Assembly: GCA_036004705.1 (NCBI GenBank)
Contig: DASYRF010000518.1
Location: 24-64,023, forward strand
Reading direction: 5' to 3'
DNA length: 64,000 bases
Source of the DNA: Myxococcota bacterium
Lineage (GTDB): Bacteria > Myxococcota_A > Polyangia > DASYRF01
The notes beneath the pieces are model-generated. The model saw only the letters and a program-made list of their open reading frames with translations, did no database searches and was not told the origin of the DNA. Positions 10,273-18,615 of the stretch are shown here, one piece after another. Position 1 is the stretch's first letter. Each line of letters starts with the position of its first letter. The position numbers were made by a program, and so were the translations under genes.

Positions 10273-12516
10273 TCATGGCAGGACCTCCACGCGGAGCGTG
10301 ACGATCGAAGGGGCGGCGCCGGCCGGGAACACCAGCAGAAAGCAGCTGCCCTGGTAGGTGCGCTCGAACCCGTCCTCGGACTGCGAGACGGTCTCGATGG
10401 GGTAGCGCCACAGCGCCTCGGCGCCGTCGGCGTGGACCGTAGCGGCGAAGCGCGCCCAGCCGTCTTCCAGGCGGAAGCCTTGCGCGCCCGGCGTGACGGC
10501 GCGCGCGCCAGGGCGCGTGTCGTCGCCGCCCGGGACGAAGCACTTACGGTCGGGCGCGTCGGGCGTGAGCAGGGTGAGGTTGAGCTCCACGGCCCAGCGC
10601 CCGGCGCCCGGCGCCGGCGGGGGCGCGTGGAACGTCGCGCGCAGCTCCGGTCCGACGACCGCAAGCGCCGCCGCGAACTGCATTTCGTCCTTGAGCGCGG
10701 CGCCCTGCGGCGCGGGCAGCGGCGCGCCGTCGCCGCGCTCCACGGCATCGAGGTCGGTGCCGGGCAGGATGCGCCGCAGCCGGAAGCTGTGGCGCGGAGC
10801 GTCGTCCTGGCGCAGGAAGCGCGAGAGATTCGGCTCCTTCATCTTCACGACGTCGTGGATCGACTTGGCGCCCGGGCCGCCGTCGCGCCGGCCGCCGTCG
10901 CCGCCGTCGCTGCTGCCGGTGCGGGCCTGGGCGCGGCTCGCCGCCTCCGCGCGCGCCTGCGCCTCCGCGTCGGCGCGGCGCAGCGTCGCGTGGTAGCCCT
11001 CCTCGCGGCGCGCCAGCACGTTCGTCAGGTTGAAGCGCGCGAAGCGGACGTCGATCTCCTTGACCACGCCGCTCAGCGCGTCGGCCACGACGAGGAGCGC
11101 GTCGCTGGCGAGCACGCGCTCCGGACGCCCGTCGAGGTCCAAGTCGCGCAGCGCGGCCGTCTTACCCACGGACTCGCCGGCGCCGCCGCCCCCGCCGCGA
11201 ACGCCGCCGGCGCCCACACCGCTGCCCGCGCCGCCGACGCCCACGCCCGGGCCGTCGCTGACACCGAGACCGCCCGCGCCGCTGCCGCCCTCGCCGCCGG
11301 CGTCGTCCGCCGCGCTCGCCCCGGGCGCAATCTGCGCCTCCGCCTCGATCAAGCTCGCGTACACCGCGTGGCGCAGGTTGGAGAGGTACAGCCCGCCGAA
11401 CATGCCGTGCCAGTAAGCGCAATTGCACTGCGAGCGCATGAGCGACTCGGGCGGCGGCAGCCCGCGCGCCGCGTAGCGGGCGCTGACCTGTAACATCCGC
11501 TTGTGCATCCAGTTCGCCTCGGCGTACTTGGCCAAGAACCCCTGCCAGATGCCGCCGCGCACGAAGGCGCGCGCGGCCTCCAGCTCGCCGCGCGCCTCCA
11601 GATCGTGCCGCAGGCGCAGGTAGGCGGGGATGGCGCGCGCCGGCAGGGACCACTCGCCCATCTCTTCGTAGCTCGCCGTCGGCAGGTAGACGCGCCCGCG
11701 CGGCGCCGCGCGGGCGAGCCAGTCGCCGGGCGGCGCCGTCACGACGTCGTTCGCCACGTCGGCGAGCCCGGCGAAGAAGTCGCGCAGCCAGCCCTTCTCC
11801 CAGACCCATTCGGCGGTGCCCGGCCAGACGCCGAACTTCTCGCCGTCGTCGCCGTACGTGAGCGCCGTCTCGCCGGGGGCGGCGCGCGCCGCGTCGCGCA
11901 GCGCCGCGCACAGCTCCGGCGCCGCGCGGAACGGGATGGAATAGCGAAGCTCCTTGTCGATGGGGAACAGCGCCACCGCCGCGCCCGCTTTCTCCGACAG
12001 GTAGTAGCCGCCGAGCCGCTCGCCGCCGGCGCCGACGCCGGCCGCGTGGAAGTGCGTGTCGTCGAGCAGCGTGTAGCGGATGCCCGCCGCCGCCAGCACG
12101 CGCGGCAGGTCCGGGTCCCACACGCGCTCCGCGAGCCACATCCCGAGCGGCGTGGTGCCGAAGAGGCGCGCGCAGCGCTCGCCCATCGCGGCGATCTGCG
12201 CCAGCGCGTCGCGCTCCGGCAGGACCGCGAGCATCGGCTCGTAGAGCCCGCCGCCGAGGATCTCCACCTGTCCGCGCTCGACGAGCGCGCGCAGCGTCTT
12301 GAGGTAGCCGGGCTCTTCGCTTTCGAGCCAGTCGAGGAGCGCGCCCGTGTGGTGCAACGCGCAGCGCACGTGCGGGGCGTCGGCCAGCGCGTGCAAGAGC
12401 GGGGCGTAGCACCGGTCGTGGCTCTGGCGGAAGACGTCGCCGAAGTTCCCCACCGGCTGGTGGTTGTGGAAGGCGAGCAACAGACTGAGGCGACCCATGG
12501 TAGATCCCGAGGACAT
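10273..12516 (-). CDS. GH57-family alpha-amylase / 4-alpha-glucanotransferase-like protein
   Basis: LLLAFHNHQPVGNF, GQVEILGGGLYEPML, GMWLAERVW and YTLLDDTHF match the GH57 N-terminal catalytic domain. The true start may be the ATG at 12498 (MGRLSLLLAFHNHQP) rather than 12516. Contains a Gly-rich low-complexity insert encoded at about 11165-11312. Confidence 0.85.
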   Translation of the reverse strand: MSSGSTMGRLSLLLAFHNHQPVGNFGDVFRQSHDRCYAPLLHALADAPHVRCALHHTGALLDWLESEEPGYLKTLRALVERGQVEILGGGLYEPMLAVLPERDALAQIAAMGERCARLFGTTPLGMWLAERVWDPDLPRVLAAAGIRYTLLDDTHFHAAGVGAGGERLGGYYLSEKAGAAVALFPIDKELRYSIPFRAAPELCAALRDAARAAPGETALTYGDDGEKFGVWPGTAEWVWEKGWLRDFFAGLADVANDVVTAPPGDWLARAAPRGRVYLPTASYEEMGEWSLPARAIPAYLRLRHDLEARGELEAARAFVRGGIWQGFLAKYAEANWMHKRMLQVSARYAARGLPPPESLMRSQCNCAYWHGMFGGLYLSNLRHAVYASLIEAEAQIAPGASAADDAGGEGGSGAGGLGVSDGPGVGVGGAGSGVGAGGVRGGGGGAGESVGKTAALRDLDLDGRPERVLASDALLVVADALSGVVKEIDVRFARFNLTNVLARREEGYHATLRRADAEAQARAEAASRAQARTGSSDGGDGGRRDGGPGAKSIHDVVKMKEPNLSRFLRQDDAPRHSFRLRRILPGTDLDAVERGDGAPLPAPQGAALKDEMQFAAALAVVGPELRATFHAPPPAPGAGRWAVELNLTLLTPDAPDRKCFVPGGDDTRPGARAVTPGAQGFRLEDGWARFAATVHADGAEALWRYPIETVSQSEDGFERTYQGSCFLLVFPAGAAPSIVTLRVEVLP

Positions 12517-13741
12517 GCGTCCCGGGCGCCGCCTCTATATCCGTCCGGCGCCCAGGGCGCAACCGACGCTCCCCCGCGCCGCCGCCCTCGCCGCGCTCGC
12601 GCTGACCGCCGTCGCCGCCCTCTCGATCGCGCGCGCGGGCGCGCGCGCCGGCGCAAGCGCGCCCACAGGCGCGAGCGCCGCGAAGGGCGCAAGCGCGGCC
12701 ACCAGCGCGAGCGCGGCCAAGGATGCAAGCGCGGCCTCGGGTACGAGCGCGAGCGCGAGCTTGCCGCCCGCTTCGCTTCCAGACTTCTACGTCGTCGACC
12801 TGCACGTCGACACCGTCTTCCACGCGCTCACGTACGGGCGCTCGCTCGTCGGCCCGGCGTCCGCCAAGGGCGACCTGTCGCTCGCACGCCTGCGCGCCGG
12901 CCGCTACGCCGCGCAGGTCTTCGCCATCTGGGTGCCTTCTAAGGTGGAGGACGAAGGCGGCCCCGCCGCGTCGGCCGCCTACGCCGAGCGCGCGTTCGCC
13001 GCCTACGAGGCGCTCGTCGCCGCCGCCGCGCCCGACCTCGAGCCCGCGCGCACGCGCGCCGACCTCGCGCGCGTGCACGCCGCCGGCCGCATCGCCGCCG
13101 TTCTGTCGATCGAAGGCGCTCACCCGCTGGGCGACCGTCCCGAGGCGCTGGACGTCTGGGTCGCGCGCGGGCTGCGCGTGCTCGGGCTCACCTGGAACAA
13201 CTCGAACGCCTTCGCCGAGGCCGCCGCCGATCCGCGCCCCGGCGCGCCCGGCCTGACGCCGCTCGGCCGCGCGCTCGTCGCGCGCGCCGAAGCGGCCGGC
13301 GTGCTCGTCGACGTGTCGCACGCGTCCGCCGCGACGTTGCGCGACGTGGTCGCCATCGCCCACCGTCCGGTCGTGGCCTCGCACTCCGACTGCGCTGCCT
13401 TGCGTCCCCACGCGCGAAACCTCACCGACGACCAGCTCCGCGCGCTCGCCGCCACCGGCGGCCTGGTCGGCATCAACTTCCACGCCCCCTTCGTCGCCAA
13501 GAAGAAGCACGTGACCCTCGACGACGTGGCCACGCAGGTTCTGCACGCCGTTGCCGCCGCCGGCGCCGCCCACGTCGCGCTCGGCAGCGACTTCGACGGC
13601 CTGATCGTGAAGCCCACCGGCCTGAGCGGCGCCGACGCCATGCCCGCCCTCGCCGCCGCCCTGCTCGCCCGCGGCCTCCCCCCCGCCGACGTCGCCGCCG
13701 TCATGGGCGGCAACGCGTACCGCTTGCTCTCCGGTCCCTGA
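12515..13741 (+). CDS. Membrane dipeptidase, peptidase family M19
   Basis: ATG at 12515 (MRPGRRLY..., signal-like AALAALALTAVAALSIARA). Conserved blocks: VVDLHVDT, SIEGAH, GLRVLGLTWNNSN, LVDVSHAS, PVVASHS, GSDFDG. Confidence 0.85.
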   Translation: MRPGRRLYIRPAPRAQPTLPRAAALAALALTAVAALSIARAGARAGASAPTGASAAKGASAATSASAAKDASAASGTSASASLPPASLPDFYVVDLHVDTVFHALTYGRSLVGPASAKGDLSLARLRAGRYAAQVFAIWVPSKVEDEGGPAASAAYAERAFAAYEALVAAAAPDLEPARTRADLARVHAAGRIAAVLSIEGAHPLGDRPEALDVWVARGLRVLGLTWNNSNAFAEAAADPRPGAPGLTPLGRALVARAEAAGVLVDVSHASAATLRDVVAIAHRPVVASHSDCAALRPHARNLTDDQLRALAATGGLVGINFHAPFVAKKKHVTLDDVATQVLHAVAAAGAAHVALGSDFDGLIVKPTGLSGADAMPALAAALLARGLPPADVAAVMGGNAYRLLSGP

Positions 13742-14018
13742 CGCGCCTGTCTGTGGCGCTCCTCGCGGGTGTCGATGAGTCGTCGGGAAGGGGCCGCGAG
13801 TGCGCGATGCGCTGGGACGGCCCTCGCTGCGCTACGTGACCCGCCATCCGCAGTTGCCGCCCCGTCGCACCGCCCACCCGCGCCCCCTCACGTTGCCCAG
13901 CCCCCGGCGTCTCCGCGGAAACCGACGCCGACGCCGAGCACGACGACGACGCCGATGTCGAATGCGACGCCGACGCCGATGCCGAGTCCGTGGCGGACGC
14001 CGGTACTGCAGGCCCAAG

Positions 14019-14423
14019 CTACTGCCGGCCCCAGCCCTGGTCAGCTACGAGCGCCGCTACGCGCCCTTGCACTTCGTCGCGGATCGCCCTCACGCGCTCG
14101 ATCGCGAGGGCCTTTGGATCCTCAAGCGGCCAGTCCTCACGGCGCGCGCCGGGGACGACGGGACATTCGTCGCCGCAGCCCATCGTGACGAGCCAGGCGG
14201 CGCCGTCCGCGAGCGCGGGGGTAAGGAGCTGCGGGCGGGCCCCGGTCAAGTCCACGCCTACCTCGGCCATTACCTGCAGCACTTCGGGATGCACGGCGGC
14301 GCCGGGGCGCGTGCCGGCCGAGACGGCGAAGGCTCGTTGCGAGTCGGCGATGGCGTTGAAGAACGCCGCCGCCATCTGGGAGCGGCCGGCGTTGTGCACG
14401 CAGGCGAAGACCACCTTCTTCAT
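14019..14423 (-). CDS. arsC: Arsenate reductase, low-molecular-weight phosphotyrosine-phosphatase family
   Basis: ATG at 14423 (MKKVVFACVHNAGRSQMA), which carries the CX5R(S) P-loop. A TMGCGDECP block follows. The start overlaps the upstream aquaporin stop (ATGA). Confidence 0.85.
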   Translation of the reverse strand: MKKVVFACVHNAGRSQMAAAFFNAIADSQRAFAVSAGTRPGAAVHPEVLQVMAEVGVDLTGARPQLLTPALADGAAWLVTMGCGDECPVVPGARREDWPLEDPKALAIERVRAIRDEVQGRVAALVADQGWGRQ

Positions 14424-15130
14424 GGCGCCACCTTCGCGGGCGCAGCGGGCGCGAGCCACCGGAAGAAGACGGTGGCGGCGGCGGCGCCCGTGGCCTGCGC
14501 GGCGAGGAAGCCGGGGACATCGGCGGGCCGGATGCCCGCGAACGTGTCGGTCCAGGCGCGTGCCAGCGTGACGGCCGGATTCGCGAACGACGTGGAGGAC
14601 GTGAACCAGTAGGCCGCCAGAATCCAGCCGCCGACCACGAGCGGCGCGGCGGCCGGGCGCCAGCGCGCGCAGCCGCGGATGACGACAAAGAGGCCGAACG
14701 TAGCCACGATCTCACCGAGCCACTGGCCATACCCGGTGCGGACGTGGCGGGAGGCCGCGAAGACCGGCTCGCCGAACATCACATTGGCGGCCGCCACGCC
14801 CACGAGCGCACCAGCGACCTGCGCCCCGACGTACGCCGCCGCGACGCGCCAGGCCAACGCGCCGCGCGCCGCCTCCGCCACCGTCACCGCCGGGTTGAAC
14901 TGGGCGCCCGAGACCGGCCCGAAGACGAGAATGAGCGCGGCCAGCGCCGCACCTGTGGCCACGGAATTCGCCAGCAGCGCGACCGCCGCGTTGCCGCCCG
15001 CGAGACGCTCGCCCATGATCCCAGACCCCACGACCGCCGCCAGCAGGAACGCCGTTCCGACCGCCTCCGCGGCCAAGGGCCGCGCCAGATCAGTCCAGCC
15101 CGTTGCGGGTTCTTCGGAGCGCGAGGGCAT
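14420..15130 (-). CDS. MIP-family channel (aquaglyceroporin; AqpS-like putative arsenite channel)
   Basis: Two NPAVT (NPA) motifs, six hydrophobic segments, and translational coupling to arsC. Confidence 0.85.
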   Translation of the reverse strand: MPSRSEEPATGWTDLARPLAAEAVGTAFLLAAVVGSGIMGERLAGGNAAVALLANSVATGAALAALILVFGPVSGAQFNPAVTVAEAARGALAWRVAAAYVGAQVAGALVGVAAANVMFGEPVFAASRHVRTGYGQWLGEIVATFGLFVVIRGCARWRPAAAPLVVGGWILAAYWFTSSTSFANPAVTLARAWTDTFAGIRPADVPGFLAAQATGAAAATVFFRWLAPAAPAKVAP

Positions 15131-15452
15131 GGCCCAAGGCTATATCCGGCCGCTCGCCCGCCTCGCAACCACCGTCTGGCGCACGAAGGCGGCTTCCAGG
15201 TACGACGCGACTTGAACGGAACGGTGATCTTCCGCGACCCGACGGCACGCACGTCGTGCGCATACCGGCGGCCGTGCCACACACTGCGCTTGCCGCGGCG
15301 CTACCTCCGTCGGCGGCCGCGCCAATCCCCAAGTGGTCGGGCGAGAGAATCGATCGCGCGCTCATCGTCAGCGTGATGCTCGGGCCGGAGCTCGAGCACT
15401 GGGCAGCAAGCCGCGCGTGAGGCACGGCGGCCACGGCGAACACGGCTTGCTC

Positions 15453-15948
15453 TCAGAGCTCGACCGACCAGATGTCGCCGTCGAACAGGCGGGCGACCTT
15501 GCGCGCGGCGGGGGCGGGGCCGGCGACGACCGCGGCCCAGAGGTCCAGGGTGACGTGCTCGCCCCGGTCGCCGCGCGGCGGGCCCGTCGCGGGGCCGTGC
15601 GTGGTACGCGCCGTCGGGCGACAGCGCCGGGACGAACGCGGCCGAAAGCCGGCGCACGACGGCGGACGGGCGTGCGGCCGAGCCGACGCGCGGGCCAGCG
15701 CCAGGATCGACGGGGACGTCGCCCACGACCCAGCCTTCCGGCCCGTCGCGCCGCAGGAAACGCGCGCGACCGCCGCCCGCGAGCGCCGCGGCCCCGAACA
15801 CCTCCGCGGAAGCGACGTCGATCACGCGCACCTCCGCCGTCACGGCACCCCCGGCCGCCGCCCGCGCGCGACGTATTCCCTCGCGGCGCAGCGCGTCGTA
15901 GGCTGGCGCGGTGAACCTGGCCGCCCGCTTCTGGAAGCAGCCGCTCAA
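15453..15948 (-). pseudogene. Hypothetical protein gene with an apparent frameshift near 15575-15595
   Basis: Track ORF 15301..15948 has GC-rich third codon positions only down to about 15590. From there the adjacent frame takes over (…GDRGEHVTLDLWAAVVAGPAPAARKVARLFDGDIWSVEL, stop at 15453-15455) with near-100% G/C at third positions. This could be a true pseudogene or a sequence error. The start is uncertain (TTG 15948 or GTG 15843). Confidence 0.4.
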
Positions 15949-16492
15949 GGCGTACCGCGACTTTCAGATCGTCTATTCCATCCTCACGCTCAACTTCGTC
16001 GTGCCGGCGATCGGCTACGCCGTGGACCCGGAGCGCGCGCTCCGGCAGTTCGACGCCATCGGGCGGCTCCTCGGCGCGGCGCCCTACCCGCTCGCCGAGC
16101 AGAGCTACGTGTGGCGGGTGCTGGCGGTGGCGAACGTGCTGACGCTGGGCGCGACGTGCGCGCTGTTGCAGACGAACGTGCGCCGCTTCTACGCGGCGCT
16201 GTGGCCGCTGGCGTTCCTGAAAGCCTGCGCCGCGGTGGGCTACTTGCTGGTGTGGCTCCGGGGCATGCGCTACCCGGTCTTCTTCGCGGTGTTCCTGTTC
16301 GACGGCGTGACGGTGGCGGCGATGCTGTGGTTCGCCACGCGCGCCCTCCGCGCGGTGGCGCGTGACCCGAGCGCGGCGCTGGTGCCGCCGCTGTGGCGCG
16401 GCGGACGGCGTGCGGGCGAAGACGCCGGCGCGGCGGGCGATGACGCTCCCGCCGGCGCGGGCGCGGGCGCGGGCGCGGGGGCAGGAGGCTAA
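15911..16492 (+). CDS. Integral membrane protein (about 4 TM segments), function unknown
   Basis: GTG start at 15911. Hydrophobic segments: IVYSILTLNFVVPAIGY, VWRVLAVANVLTLGATCALL, LWPLAFLKACAAVGYLLVWL, VFFAVFLFDGVTVAAMLWF. Gly/Ala-rich tail. The next gene starts 5 nt later. Confidence 0.65.
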   Translation: MNLAARFWKQPLKAYRDFQIVYSILTLNFVVPAIGYAVDPERALRQFDAIGRLLGAAPYPLAEQSYVWRVLAVANVLTLGATCALLQTNVRRFYAALWPLAFLKACAAVGYLLVWLRGMRYPVFFAVFLFDGVTVAAMLWFATRALRAVARDPSAALVPPLWRGGRRAGEDAGAAGDDAPAGAGAGAGAGAGG

Positions 16493-16496
16493 CCCG

Positions 16497-16880
16497 GTGC
16501 GCCTGACCGCCTACGAGCGCCGCGTCGCCCGCTGCATGGCAGGGGCGATCTTTCCGAAGACGGCGCCCGCCCTGCCGGGCGGCGAGGAGGTGGCGACCGA
16601 CGCGTTCCTCGAAGAGTGGCTGGCGCGGGCGCCCGCGCGCATGCGGCTGGGCGCGCGCGTCGCGCTGTGGGCGTTCGCGCTGGCGCCGCTGTTGCTGATC
16701 GGGCGGCTAGCGCTCGGCACGAGCCTCGACGGCGAGGTGCGCGACCGCTACGCGGCGGCGTGGATGTCGCACCGCCTCTACCTGGTGCGCTCGCTGGGCC
16801 TGTTCCTGAAGGCGATGGCCTCGTTCGCCTACTTCCGCGACCCTCGCGTGCAGGCGGCGCTGTCGCTGCCGGGCGCATGA
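16497..16880 (+). CDS. Small membrane-associated protein, probable partner subunit of the downstream GMC oxidoreductase
   Basis: GTG at 16497 preceded by AGGAGG (16484-16489). One hydrophobic segment (VALWAFALAPLLLIG). The stop overlaps the oxidoreductase ATG (ATGA at 16877-16880). Confidence 0.6.
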   Translation: MRLTAYERRVARCMAGAIFPKTAPALPGGEEVATDAFLEEWLARAPARMRLGARVALWAFALAPLLLIGRLALGTSLDGEVRDRYAAAWMSHRLYLVRSLGLFLKAMASFAYFRDPRVQAALSLPGA

Positions 16881-18559
16881 CCGCGCCGCAGCCGCCGACG
16901 GAGCTCGCCAGCGGCCGCACGCCGGGCCACCCGGGCGGCGCCACGGCGGTGGCGCTGGCTGAGGCTCCGGCGAACGCGCTGGCTGCCGCCGCGTTCGGCG
17001 CGCGCGAGGCGCGCGCGGCGTGCGCGCGCGTGGGCGACGGCCGGCTCTTGCGCGACGCCGCCGACTACGTCGTCATCGGCAGCGGCGCCGCCGGCGCCAC
17101 CGCCGCGCGCGCGCTGGCCCGCGCCGGGGCGGACGTGCTGCTCGTCGAGGAAGGGCCGCCGTTCGTGCCGGCGGCGCCGCCGGCCGACGTCACCGTCGCG
17201 CAGATGCGCTACTTCCGCGACCACGGCGCCAACTTCATCGGCGGGCGGTCGATGATGCCCGTCCTGCAGGGCCGCTGCGTGGGCGGGTCCACCGCCATCA
17301 ACTCCGCCATCACCTGGCGCCTGCCGGACGACGTGTACGGCACGTGGGGCGAGGACGCGGCGGTGGCGGCGGCCTGGCCGCAGCACGTGCTGGAGGCGCG
17401 CTTCGAGGAGCTCGAGCGCGACCTGGGCGTGCGACCGATCGACCGCGCGGTGCTCGGGCGCAACAACACGCTCATGGAGCAGGGCGCGCACGCGCTCGGC
17501 TTCGACGGGCGCGTGATCGAGCGCAACGAGACGGGGTGCCGCGGCAGCGCGCGCTGCGTGCAAGGGTGCCCGAACGGCGCCAAGCAGAGCATGAACCTCT
17601 CGTTCGTGCCGGACGCGCAGCGGCACGGCGCGCGCCTGTGGACGGGGTGCGCGGTGCGGCGGCTGGTACGCCCGCTGGGGAGCGGGCCGGCGGCGGCGCG
17701 CGGCTGGATCGTGGAGGCCGACTTCCAGGACTTCGACGCGCCCGCGCCGTCCGAGGCGTGGGGGCCGGCCGCGGAGATCCACGCACGCCGCGCGGTGCTG
17801 GTGGCGGCGTCGGCGCTGCAGACCCCGTGCCTGCTGCGCCGCAGCGGCCTCGCCGGCGCCGGCGGCGTCGCGGGCGACTACTTCACCTGCCATCCGGGCA
17901 CCGCGGTGGGCGGCGTCTTCGACGACCCGGTGCGCATGTGGGAGGGCGCCACGCAGGGCTGGGAGAGCGCACATTTTCGCGCCGAGCGGTTCAAGCTGGA
18001 GGCCATCGCGCTGCCGCCGGCGCTGCTGACGGCGCGGCTGCCGGGGGCCGGCACGACGCTGATGCACGCGGTCGCGGAGATGGCGCACGTGGCGCTGTGG
18101 GCCGTGCAGATCCGCCCGCGCGGGCGCGGGCGCGTGCGGCCGGCGGGGCGGGGCGGGTTCCGCGCGCGCTTCGACCTGGCGCCCGAGGACGTGACGACGC
18201 TGCGGCGCGCGGTGCGCCTGCTGTGCGAGATGATGTTCGCGGCGGGCGCGCGCGAGGCGCTGCCGGGGATCTACGGCCTGCCACCGCGCGTGCGGCGCGG
18301 CGAGCTGGATCTGATCGACCGCGCTCCGCTGGACACGCGCGCCTACAACCTCGTGGCGACGCACCTCTTCGGCACGGCCCGCATGGGGAGCGACCCCGCC
18401 AGCAGCGTCGTCGCGCCGCGCACGCTGGAGCACCACGACGCGCCAGGAGTCTTCGTGCTCGATTCGAGCGTCTTCCCCACGAACCTCGGCGTCAACCCCC
18501 AGCACGCCATCATGGCCATCGCCGCGGAGGCGACCGCGCGCCTCCTCGACCGTCACTAG
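16877..18559 (+). CDS. GMC-family FAD-dependent oxidoreductase
   Basis: ATG at 16877. FAD fold DYVVIGSGAAGATAARALARAGADVLLVEEG. C-terminal GMC block HLFGTARMG...VFVLDSSVFPTNLGVNPQHAIMAIA. Confidence 0.85.
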   Translation: MTAPQPPTELASGRTPGHPGGATAVALAEAPANALAAAAFGAREARAACARVGDGRLLRDAADYVVIGSGAAGATAARALARAGADVLLVEEGPPFVPAAPPADVTVAQMRYFRDHGANFIGGRSMMPVLQGRCVGGSTAINSAITWRLPDDVYGTWGEDAAVAAAWPQHVLEARFEELERDLGVRPIDRAVLGRNNTLMEQGAHALGFDGRVIERNETGCRGSARCVQGCPNGAKQSMNLSFVPDAQRHGARLWTGCAVRRLVRPLGSGPAAARGWIVEADFQDFDAPAPSEAWGPAAEIHARRAVLVAASALQTPCLLRRSGLAGAGGVAGDYFTCHPGTAVGGVFDDPVRMWEGATQGWESAHFRAERFKLEAIALPPALLTARLPGAGTTLMHAVAEMAHVALWAVQIRPRGRGRVRPAGRGGFRARFDLAPEDVTTLRRAVRLLCEMMFAAGAREALPGIYGLPPRVRRGELDLIDRAPLDTRAYNLVATHLFGTARMGSDPASSVVAPRTLEHHDAPGVFVLDSSVFPTNLGVNPQHAIMAIAAEATARLLDRH

Positions 18560-18583
18560 CGGGCCGGCCGAGGGCGCGGCGCG

Positions 18584-18599
18584 CGCTTCGCGCGAAGCG
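18584..18599. terminator. Perfect 16-nt palindrome between convergent genes; possible bidirectional terminator hairpin
   Basis: CGCTTCGCGCGAAGCG lies between the GMC stop (18559) and the GH114 stop (18616). It is flanked by GCCGGCC...GGCCGGC. No U-tract, so only a weak call. Confidence 0.3.
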
Positions 18600-18615
18600 G
18601 TATCTCAGCGGCCGG

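Noticed and set aside
13769-14612. Track ORFs in and around the convergent gap between the dipeptidase and arsC (13769..14188, 13800..14612, 13990..14571 and 13832..14017)
   Set aside because: They are Arg/Pro-rich translations that largely overlap arsC and the aquaporin gene in wrong frames. The gap itself (13742-14018) contains GACGCC-type simple repeats but no ORF with a start and a plausible product.
15131-15452. Search for an arsR gene or other small CDS upstream of the aquaporin-arsC pair (track ORFs 15090..15443(-), 15103..15420(+), 15140..15325(-))
   Set aside because: None of the translations shows an ArsR/SmtB winged-helix pattern or any other motif. Codon bias is patchy and switches strand, so I could not support a call.
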